A stretch of DNA of 32,000 nucleotides. Source: Schaalia odontolytica (lineage in GTDB: Bacteria > Actinomycetota > Actinomycetes > Actinomycetales > Actinomycetaceae). The stretch covers positions 1,020,001-1,052,000 of the forward strand of contig NZ_CP040006.1 of the NCBI RefSeq assembly GCF_005696695.1. Direction: 5' to 3'. This document shows, piece after piece, positions 18,634-25,434 of the stretch (the stretch's first letter is position 1; every line of letters starts with the position of its first letter). The position numbers were made by a program, and so were the translations under genes. Below the pieces are notes generated by a model. The model saw only the letters and a program-made list of their open reading frames with translations, did no database searches and was not told where the DNA came from.

Positions 18634-19188
18634 TCAGTCCCACCATGCCCACCACCACCGCGTGGCTGATCCGTCTCGAATGAGCACGCGCATTTCGTCC
18701 GGCGGAATCGCCTCCTCGCCGAGGCCCAGGACCGAAGCGAGGGTGAGCCAGTGCTGGTAGCTCGGATAGCGCTCCTCGTCGATGGGAGATCCGGCGTGAG
18801 CAATGATCGCGGATTCGGGGACGAGCACGGTGTCGATGCTGACGCGTTCGTCTCGTCGTGGCGCGCGAATGACGTAGCCTTCGAGGGAGAGTCCGTCGAT
18901 GCGGGAGGCGGCGCGTAACAGATCGATGATCCGAGGAGCGTTGTTCTGCCGATCGTTGCGTGCATCCTTCGGCAGTAAGGATGCGAGACGACGAGCGTCG
19001 GTCCCGGATAGGTCCGCGAAGCGTGCGTAGTCCCCCAGGTCCCACCCATCGCACAGGTAGGGAGCTAACAAAGCGGAGATGCCTCGATCCTCGAGCCATC
19101 GAGGTGGGCCGTACATGCCGTCGGGGCAGGGCTCCTCCTCGTCGAGCATGACGTCGCAGGTGGCGGGCAGTGTGATCGTTGTGTGCAT
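18634..19188 (-). CDS. Hypothetical protein (184 aa) with a Trp-rich C-terminus, no family recognised
   Basis: ATG 19188 is preceded by AAGGAAG (rc of 19193-19199). The stop lies 18 nt upstream of pyrD. The protein ends in RWWWAWWD. The earlier track start at 19248 lacks a Shine-Dalgarno. Confidence 0.6.
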   Translation of the reverse strand: MHTTITLPATCDVMLDEEEPCPDGMYGPPRWLEDRGISALLAPYLCDGWDLGDYARFADLSGTDARRLASLLPKDARNDRQNNAPRIIDLLRAASRIDGLSLEGYVIRAPRRDERVSIDTVLVPESAIIAHAGSPIDEERYPSYQHWLTLASVLGLGEEAIPPDEMRVLIRDGSATRWWWAWWD

Positions 19189-19282
19189 GATGCTTCCTTG
19201 TCGTTCGCGACGGAGCGCCGATGCTCCGACACGGACAGGATCATGCACACGAGGACGTGGCGGCCAGCGTCACGGCACCCGC

Positions 19283-19351
19283 TGTGGATAACGGGAGAGC
19301 CGCCAGGTGCCCTGTGGATAAAGCACATCGGCCCCGCACCCATGTGGATGG
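19283..19351 (-). promoter_or_regulatory. Three same-orientation DnaA-box-like 9-mers at exact 30-bp spacing
   Basis: On the plus strand, TGTGGATAA is at 19283-19291 and 19313-19321, and TGTGGATGG is at 19343-19351. The reverse complement of the first two is TTATCCACA. The repeats themselves are certain, but their function is not. Confidence 0.45.
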
Positions 19352-19361
19352 GGCGGGGCCG
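19329..19361 (-). terminator. Hairpin immediately downstream of the DUF3043 gene
   Basis: CGGCCCCGCACCCA (19329-19342) pairs with TGGGGCGGGGCCG (19349-19361). The 13-bp stem has one bulged A and a 6-nt loop, and begins 13 nt after the stop at 19374. Confidence 0.5.
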
Positions 19362-19373
19362 ACGAAAGAACGA

Positions 19374-19994
19374 CTACTTCGGGAACTGTCCGCGGTCGAC
19401 CTGCGGGCGAGGCGAACGCCAGCGCCGCGGCATGATCATGCGGGAGAAGGCGTAGTAGGCGGTACCGGAGGGAATGTCCTCGCGCGGGTGTGCCTCGGTG
19501 AAGACACGCTTGATCGTGCGCCACACGAAGAACGCCTCGATGGCGGTGATGATGAAGGAGCCGTACATGAGGATGGACGAGCCATAGAGCATGTACGCCT
19601 GGTACTGCAGCGGGATCTTGTTGCCCAGCATCGACAGCACCATGATGAGGATGATGGACACCATCATGACGGCGAGGATCCACTCGGAGAAGGAGTGGCG
19701 CGCGTCGACGTAGTCGCGCACGAACCGTCGTGCACGTCCCTTGTCGCGGGCCGGCAGGTACTTTTCCTCGCCGGTGATCATCGCGCGCTGCTCGGCGTCG
19801 AAACGCGCGTTGCGGGCGGCGCGGGCGGCACGCTTGGCCTCCTTGCGGTCCTTGGGGACCAGGGGGCGGATGCGGGCGGCCTCGGCTGCCTTGCGCTTCG
19901 GCGTGGGGCGACCCTTCTTGCCGTCGGGCGTCGTGGAGACGGGCTCGACATTCATCGAGGTCTCGTCGTTGTTGTTCTTGCTTCGTCCAAACAC
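19374..19994 (-). CDS. DUF3043-family membrane protein (conserved in actinobacteria)
   Basis: A basic, Lys/Arg/Ala-rich N-terminal half is followed by two TM helices (WILAVMMVSIILIMVLSML and GSSILMYGSFIITAIEAFFVW). This layout is typical of DUF3043. The start is GTG. Confidence 0.75.
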   Translation of the reverse strand: MFGRSKNNNDETSMNVEPVSTTPDGKKGRPTPKRKAAEAARIRPLVPKDRKEAKRAARAARNARFDAEQRAMITGEEKYLPARDKGRARRFVRDYVDARHSFSEWILAVMMVSIILIMVLSMLGNKIPLQYQAYMLYGSSILMYGSFIITAIEAFFVWRTIKRVFTEAHPREDIPSGTAYYAFSRMIMPRRWRSPRPQVDRGQFPK

Positions 19995-20000
19995 GATTCA

Positions 20001-20006
20001 AGGCTA
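20001..20006 (-). promoter_or_regulatory. -10-like TAGCCT, 6 nt upstream of the DUF3043 GTG (leaderless candidate)
   Basis: The minus strand reads TAGCCT-tgaatc-GTG. This fits TANNNT, and there is no Shine-Dalgarno. Confidence 0.3.
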
Positions 20007-20040
20007 GCGGATAGCCCACCCGCCTCGCACTCCCATGGTC

Positions 20041-20046
20041 TACCCT
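20041..20046 (+). promoter_or_regulatory. -10-like TACCCT, 6 nt upstream of the dipeptidase ATG (leaderless candidate)
   Basis: The sequence reads TACCCT-ggtcgt-ATG(20053). This fits TANNNT, and there is no Shine-Dalgarno. Confidence 0.3.
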
Positions 20047-20052
20047 GGTCGT

Positions 20053-21426
20053 ATGGCTGATACTTCACATGCACTGTCCACGTCCGTTTTGAAGGAGCGC
20101 CTGGAGGCTGCTTTCCCGTCCCTGCTGGAGGAGCTCACGCAGCTCGTCGCGATTCCGTCGGTGTCGTCGGATCCCGCGCATGCAGCCGACGTGGAGCGCA
20201 GCGCTGAGCATATCCGCGAGCGTTTCGCCGCCCTGGGCCTGGAGGCCAAGGTTCTGCGCGAGACCGCCGCTGATGGCACCGAGGGCAAGCCTGCCCTCGT
20301 CGCGCACACGCCCCACATCGAGGGCGCGCCGACCGTCCTGCTGTACGCACACCACGACGTGCAGCCGGTTGGCGAGCTGAGCCGCTGGAGCATGGATCCC
20401 TACAAGGCCGAGGTTCGCGGCGATCGTATCTACGGCCGTGGTTCCTCCGACGACGGCGCCGGCATCACTGTCCACCTCGGCTCCCTGTCGATCCTCGGCG
20501 AGGACCTGCCGGTCAACGTCGTCGTGTTCATCGAGGGCGAGGAAGAGATCGGTTCCCCCTCGTTCACAGCATTCCTCGATGCCCACAAGGACGAGCTCGC
20601 CGCGGACGTCATCGTCGTGACGGACTCGTCGAACTGGAAGGTGGGCGAGCCCGCCGTCACGTCGACCCTGCGCGGCAACGCGATCGTGACCGTCGACGTG
20701 ACCGTCGCCGATCACGCGGTGCACTCGGGCGCGTTCGGTGGCCCGCTCCTTGATTCCGTCGCGATCTCCTCAATGCTCATCGCCTCGCTCTTCGACGAGA
20801 AGGGTGACGTGGCGGTTCCGGGCCTGGGCGGCTCGGATCATGCGGACGTGGATTGGCCGGAGGAAGAGCTGCGTGCCGCGGCAGGCATGGTTGAGGGCCT
20901 GCAGCTGGCAGGCTCGGGTGACATCGCCGCCCGTATGTGGACCAAGCCGTCGATCTCGGTCATCGGTTTCGACGCTCGCCCGGTCTCCAATGCCTCGAAC
21001 ACGATCGCCCCGCACACGCGCTTCCGCCTGTCGATGCGCACGGTGCCGGGCGTGGATCCCACCGAGGCCCAGGCCAAGCTCGTCGACTACCTCCTCTCCC
21101 ATGCCCCCTTCGGTGCGCGCGTCGAGGTCACTGCCGAGGATGCGGGTGCGGGCTACCAGGCCGACATGGATTCCCCCGTGACGAAGGCTCTGCACGAGTC
21201 CCTCACCGAAGCCTGGGGCGTTCCCTCGGTCAACATCGGTGTGGGCGGCTCGATCCCGTTCATCTCGGACTTCCAGCGCATCTTCCCCAACGCCCAGGTC
21301 GTCGTCACCGGCGTCGAGGATCCGCTGACGAACGCTCACTCCGAGGACGAGTCGCAGTCGATCTCCGACCTGAAGGCGGCGATCCTCGCCGAGGCGCTTC
21401 TGCTGACGCGCGTGGCCTCCCTGTGA
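20053..21426 (+). CDS. M20-family dipeptidase / metallopeptidase
   Basis: M20 metal-binding blocks are present: LLYAHHDVQPV, YGRGSSDDGAG, IEGEEEIGS and a C-terminal NAHSEDES. I prefer ATG 20053 over the track start at 20035. Confidence 0.85.
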   Translation: MADTSHALSTSVLKERLEAAFPSLLEELTQLVAIPSVSSDPAHAADVERSAEHIRERFAALGLEAKVLRETAADGTEGKPALVAHTPHIEGAPTVLLYAHHDVQPVGELSRWSMDPYKAEVRGDRIYGRGSSDDGAGITVHLGSLSILGEDLPVNVVVFIEGEEEIGSPSFTAFLDAHKDELAADVIVVTDSSNWKVGEPAVTSTLRGNAIVTVDVTVADHAVHSGAFGGPLLDSVAISSMLIASLFDEKGDVAVPGLGGSDHADVDWPEEELRAAAGMVEGLQLAGSGDIAARMWTKPSISVIGFDARPVSNASNTIAPHTRFRLSMRTVPGVDPTEAQAKLVDYLLSHAPFGARVEVTAEDAGAGYQADMDSPVTKALHESLTEAWGVPSVNIGVGGSIPFISDFQRIFPNAQVVVTGVEDPLTNAHSEDESQSISDLKAAILAEALLLTRVASL

Positions 21427-22391
21427 AACGTGTCGTTGTCGCCGGTCGGTGGGATGGGGGAGTTCCCGCCTCGCCGACCGGCGAGGCACTCGACGCCATC
21501 CGCCGGGGTGTCGTAGCTGGCGCTTCAGAGCCCACAGTCGTCACGGTTCCGTTCGGAACCGGACCCACCTTCGACGAGGCCGTGGCTGCGCTGGGTTCTC
21601 AGGCCTCGTTCGTGCGCGTACCCACCCGGGCCTCGTCGTCGCGCGAGGCGGGTGAGCGCGTGGCGGATTCACTCCGCAACGGCGGCACCGTGATTGTCGA
21701 AGGTGGACATAATTCCTCTCCCGATTGCGGCGCCGGGTTTCTTGAAGGCCTCCTGGACGTCCCCGGCATCGATCCGTGGCACCCTGAGGCATTCGCCGAT
21801 GGCCTGACGCGCGCGCAGAGCCTCGTGGCCGAAGCGGGTGTGGATCTCGTGTGCGCTGCCTCGACCGCGCGCCCGCTTCTGGGCCTCGACTCGGTCCTCG
21901 CTGTTGCTCCTGACCTGGAGCCGATTGAAGCACAGGACACCGCTCTCACCGCCGCTCTCACGCAGGCGTTCGCCCACCGTCCGCTCGGGCGCCACCAGCT
22001 GCTCGACGGAGCTGACGTGCACCCGGCTCGCCAGCGCGGTTCCGGTGCAGGTGGCGGCGTCGGAGCAGTCATCGCGGCCATCGGTGGACGCATCGTTGCA
22101 ACGGGTGATCTGCTGTCTTCGCTTATGGGTCTGGAAGAGATGCTTGATGGTGCCGACCTCGTGATCGTCGCCGAGCCTGAACTGGCCTCTCCAGTGCTCG
22201 CCGAGTCGACCCTCGACTGCGTAACTCGCGTGGCTGCGACGCACGCGCTGCCGGTCGTCGCTATCACCCACAGGTCCAGCCTGTCGCACTTCGAGAAGGC
22301 CGAATGGGGGCTCCATGGCGTCTTCGAGACGGAGGGATCCGTCACGCTCGAAGACGCTGGACGCCGCGTTGCCCGCACCTGGTTACGCTGA
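21423..22391 (+). CDS. Glycerate-kinase-family protein with divergent or degenerate motifs
   Basis: GTG 21423 overlaps the dipeptidase stop as GTGA. The GSGAGGGVGAVIAAIGG block and ADLVIVAEP resemble the glycerate kinase GAAGG and DLVITGEG blocks. The upstream part of track ORF 20937..22391 lies out of frame inside the dipeptidase gene. Confidence 0.6.
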   Translation: MKRVVVAGRWDGGVPASPTGEALDAIRRGVVAGASEPTVVTVPFGTGPTFDEAVAALGSQASFVRVPTRASSSREAGERVADSLRNGGTVIVEGGHNSSPDCGAGFLEGLLDVPGIDPWHPEAFADGLTRAQSLVAEAGVDLVCAASTARPLLGLDSVLAVAPDLEPIEAQDTALTAALTQAFAHRPLGRHQLLDGADVHPARQRGSGAGGGVGAVIAAIGGRIVATGDLLSSLMGLEEMLDGADLVIVAEPELASPVLAESTLDCVTRVAATHALPVVAITHRSSLSHFEKAEWGLHGVFETEGSVTLEDAGRRVARTWLR

Positions 22392-22476
22392 GCGCGCATT
22401 CCACCCGTGGCGCGGGGCGCCTGCGGGGGAGTAGTGTGTCAAGGGAATACGTCTATCCGCAACAATAAGGAGCATC

Positions 22477-22830
22477 ATGTCCGAGTCCGCAACTCAGGCT
22501 CCCACCCACGAGGTCATCCTCACCGACGTCGCTGCCGCGAAGGTCAAGAGCCTCCTCGAGCAGGAGGGTCGTGACGACCTGCGCCTGCGTATCGCCGTTC
22601 AGCCGGGCGGCTGCTCCGGCCTGATCTACCAGCTGTACTTCGATGACCGCACTCTTGACGGCGACGCGATTCGTTCCTTCGACGGCGTCGAGGTCGTCGT
22701 CGACCGCATGAGCGTGCCCTACCTGAGCGGTGCCACGATCGACTTCGCTGACACGATTGAGCGTCAGGGCTTCACGATCGATAACCCCAACGCCCAGAAC
22801 ACCTGCGCCTGCGGCGAGTCCTTCCACTGA
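22477..22830 (+). CDS. erpA: Iron-sulfur cluster insertion protein (HesB/IscA/ErpA family)
   Basis: The protein contains LRIAVQPGGCSGLIY and the C-terminal CACGESF triad motif. An AAGGAG Shine-Dalgarno lies upstream. Confidence 0.9.
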   Translation: MSESATQAPTHEVILTDVAAAKVKSLLEQEGRDDLRLRIAVQPGGCSGLIYQLYFDDRTLDGDAIRSFDGVEVVVDRMSVPYLSGATIDFADTIERQGFTIDNPNAQNTCACGESFH

Positions 22831-22849
22831 GCCGAAAGAACACCATCTC

Positions 22850-23857
22850 ATGATGTCCTCTCTGCGCCGCCTCGGCGCCCTCGCCGGCGCAGCCGCGCTT
22901 GTCCTCGGACTCGCCGCATGCACCGACGCGACCTCGTCGTCTTCGTCCTCGGCTCCCGCTGCTGCGGATATCGACTACTCCGCCTGTGCGACAGACGACT
23001 CCGCCGAACAGAACACGAACGTTGACCGTAGCGGCACGGGTAACTTCCCGTCCGTTTCCGGTGAGGACACTCCCGTGATTGCGGCGGGCAGTGGATCCCA
23101 GCCCACCTCGAAGGTCCTTGTCAAGACCCTCAAGCAGGGTGACGGAGCGGTCGTGTGCCCGGGTGCGACGATCAAGGCGAACTACGTGGGCGCCCTGTGG
23201 GACGGCACCGTTTTTGATTCGTCCTACCAGCGTGGCGATGCCAGCGAGTTCTCCCTTAACCAGGTCGTCAAGGGCTGGACCTACGGCCTCGCGCACACCC
23301 ATGTCGGCGATCGCGTCGAGCTCGTGATTCCGGCGTCTCTCGGCTACGGCGGCCAGGCTCGCGGCAACATTCCCGCCAACTCGACCCTCGTGTTTGTCGT
23401 GGACATCGTGGGCGTCGCGACGCAGGACGTCGCGGATGACTCCGTTCTCAGCGGCGGAGTCGCGACCGGCGAGGAGCTTCCCGCGGGGATCACCGTTTCC
23501 GGTGACCCCGGCGTCGAGCCAACCCTGACGATCGACGAGAGCGTTGCTGCCCCGACCGAGCAGAAGATGTACACGATTTACAAGGGCACGGGAGAGGCGC
23601 TGACCTCTGATCAGACTGTCCTGTACAAGCAGGTTGTTGGTGGTTTTGGCGCTAAGGGCCAGACTCAGTCCTCGTGGAGCCAGGATCCTCTTCAGGCTCC
23701 CGTCGCGCAGGCTGATCTCGCGGGAGTGACCGTTGGATCGCGCATCCTCATCGTGGCTCCGATCCCGCATCAGGAAGCGCAGTCTGGGCAGGAGGCGCCC
23801 CCCGCGCAGGCGACGGTATTCGTCGTCGACATCGTGGGTACTTCTTCGATGCAGTGA
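22850..23857 (+). CDS. Lipoprotein FKBP-type peptidyl-prolyl cis-trans isomerase
   Basis: The signal peptide carries a lipobox (LVLGLAAC), followed by a Ser-rich linker. The FKBP domain reads YVGALWDGTVFDSSY...VKGWTYGL...IPASLGYG...LVFVVDIVGV, followed by a second, degenerate FKBP-like half. Confidence 0.85.
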   Translation: MMSSLRRLGALAGAAALVLGLAACTDATSSSSSSAPAAADIDYSACATDDSAEQNTNVDRSGTGNFPSVSGEDTPVIAAGSGSQPTSKVLVKTLKQGDGAVVCPGATIKANYVGALWDGTVFDSSYQRGDASEFSLNQVVKGWTYGLAHTHVGDRVELVIPASLGYGGQARGNIPANSTLVFVVDIVGVATQDVADDSVLSGGVATGEELPAGITVSGDPGVEPTLTIDESVAAPTEQKMYTIYKGTGEALTSDQTVLYKQVVGGFGAKGQTQSSWSQDPLQAPVAQADLAGVTVGSRILIVAPIPHQEAQSGQEAPPAQATVFVVDIVGTSSMQ

Positions 23858-23879
23858 CCGCGTCACGACCTCGGTTGAC

Positions 23880-23918
23880 GGTAGCGGGCGGCTCCCAGTG
23901 GGGGAGCCGCCCGCTACC
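23880..23918 (+). terminator. Perfect 17-bp-stem hairpin after the FKBP gene
   Basis: GGTAGCGGGCGGCTCCC (23880-23896) pairs with GGGAGCCGCCCGCTACC (23902-23918) around a 5-nt loop. There is no U-tract. Confidence 0.65.
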
Positions 23919-23921
23919 CGT

Positions 23922-23927
23922 TAGAAT
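23922..23927 (+). promoter_or_regulatory. -10-like TAGAAT upstream of the receiver-trpD pair
   Basis: TAGAAT lies 46 nt upstream of ATG 23973, and an AAGGAGAG Shine-Dalgarno sits in between. Confidence 0.35.
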
Positions 23928-23972
23928 GGGGTTATCGCGTCGATTTGGCCGACATATGCAAGGAGAGCTTCC

Positions 23973-24365
23973 ATGAGTGAAGAAACCGTCACTATCCTGG
24001 TTTTCAGTGACGACAAGGATCGCCGTCACGCCGTCGTTAACGGCATTGGCCTGCGTGCCTCCAAGGACACGCCCCGCATCGAGTGGGTCGAGGCCGCAAC
24101 CGGTTTCGGCGTTCGCGATGCGTTCGATCAGCAGGATTTTGCGATGCTGATCCTCGACGCTGAGGCGAAGAAGGAAGGCGGCATGTCCATCGCTCAGGAC
24201 CTGCGCGAGACCCGTGACGGTGTTCCCCCGATCGTTTTCCTGACCGCCCGAGCCCAGGATGAGTGGCTGGCTACGTGGGCCGGAGCAGCAGCCGTCGTGG
24301 CCGATCCGATCGACCCGATCATTCTTCAGGAGACCGTCGCCGACGTGCTGCGTGGAGCCAAGTGA
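23973..24365 (+). CDS. Stand-alone CheY-like receiver domain protein (atypical)
   Basis: This 130-aa protein has an acidic pocket (LVFSDD), a phospho-acceptor context (MLILDAE) and a Thr position (VFLTAR). The position that is normally Lys-Pro reads ADP. There is no output domain. Confidence 0.7.
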   Translation: MSEETVTILVFSDDKDRRHAVVNGIGLRASKDTPRIEWVEAATGFGVRDAFDQQDFAMLILDAEAKKEGGMSIAQDLRETRDGVPPIVFLTARAQDEWLATWAGAAAVVADPIDPIILQETVADVLRGAK

Positions 24366-25420
24366 TGGCCACGCAGGAGTGGGCGCCGATCATTGCTGCC
24401 CTCACCGCCGGCGAGAGCCTCGACTACGGCCAGTCCTACTGGCTGATGGACCAGGTCATGAGCGGCGAGCTCGGCGAGGCGCGTCTCGCATCCTTCCTGA
24501 CCGCGATGGCCATCAAGGGCGCCACGGTCGATGAGATCCACGGCCTGGCTGATGGCATGCAGGATCACGCGGCACACGTTGAGCTGCCCAGTCGCGCTCT
24601 CGACATCGTGGGTACGGGCGGAGACGGATACAAGACCGTTAACATTTCGACGATGTCCGCCATCGTGCTTGCCGCGATGGGGATTCCGCTCGTCAAGCAC
24701 GGTAACCGTGCATCGACGTCGAAGTCTGGCTCCGCGGATGTCATCGAGGCACTCGGCGTCAACCTTGACCTCGATGCCGACGCGCTGCGCCGCGTCTTTG
24801 ACGAGGTTGGCATCGCCTTCCTTTTCGCGAACAAGATGCATCCGTCGATGCGCTTCGCAGCCCCGGTGCGGCGCGCTCTCGGCTTCCCGACGGCATTCAA
24901 CGTCCTGGGGCCGCTGACCAACCCGGCACGCGTGCAGGCGTGCGCGATTGGTGCGTCTCGCGAGGAGAACGCGCGTCTCATGGCGGGCGTGTACGCCTCG
25001 CGCGGGCTCAGCGCGCTCGTCTTCCGTGGAGCAAACACCGGCCTCGACGAGCTGACGACGACCGATGCGAATCAGGTCTGGCTCGTGTCGGGTGGAGCGG
25101 TTGTGGAAACCACGTTCGATGCGCGTGAATCCCTGGGTATGGCCTCCTCCTCGATCGAGGACCTCGCGGGTGGCGAGGCGGCTGAGAACGCTGCGGTCGC
25201 TCGCGACGTTTTGTCGGGCGGTGGGGCGGACGCTGTTCGCGACGCTGTTGCCCTCAACGTTGGAGCTGGCATCCTGGCCTGGGAGGGGCTGGAGAACCCT
25301 GTGACGTGCTCCGACTTCGAGCCTCGCATGCGCGGCGCCGTCGAGCGCGCCCTGGCTGCGTTGGCCGACGGTTCGGGCGCCCGACTCGTTGAGCGTTGGG
25401 TGGCTGCCTCGAACGCGTAA
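24365..25420 (+). CDS. trpD: Anthranilate phosphoribosyltransferase
   Basis: TrpD blocks are present: FLTAMAIKGATVDEI, DIVGTGGDGYKTVNIST, KHGNRASTSKSGSADV and GPLTNP. ATG 24365 shares its A with the receiver stop (TGATG). The track start at 24263 lies inside the receiver gene. Confidence 0.92.
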   Translation: MATQEWAPIIAALTAGESLDYGQSYWLMDQVMSGELGEARLASFLTAMAIKGATVDEIHGLADGMQDHAAHVELPSRALDIVGTGGDGYKTVNISTMSAIVLAAMGIPLVKHGNRASTSKSGSADVIEALGVNLDLDADALRRVFDEVGIAFLFANKMHPSMRFAAPVRRALGFPTAFNVLGPLTNPARVQACAIGASREENARLMAGVYASRGLSALVFRGANTGLDELTTTDANQVWLVSGGAVVETTFDARESLGMASSSIEDLAGGEAAENAAVARDVLSGGGADAVRDAVALNVGAGILAWEGLENPVTCSDFEPRMRGAVERALAALADGSGARLVERWVAASNA

Positions 25421-25434
25421 GCAAAAAGCCTGCG

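Noticed and set aside
19283-19351. The possibility that the DnaA-box trio marks the replication origin
   Set aside because: There is no dnaA, dnaN, recF or gyrB nearby, no AT-rich unwinding element, and only three boxes. The flanking genes are ordinary metabolic genes.
20937-21422. The upstream 162 codons of track ORF 20937..22391, and similar N-terminal extensions at 2255-2416, 3854-3985, 12688-12957, 22730-22849 and 24263-24364
   Set aside because: These extensions overlap the preceding, well-supported gene in another frame and are Arg/Pro-rich. A start codon with an overlap or Shine-Dalgarno exists at the point where recognisable homology begins.
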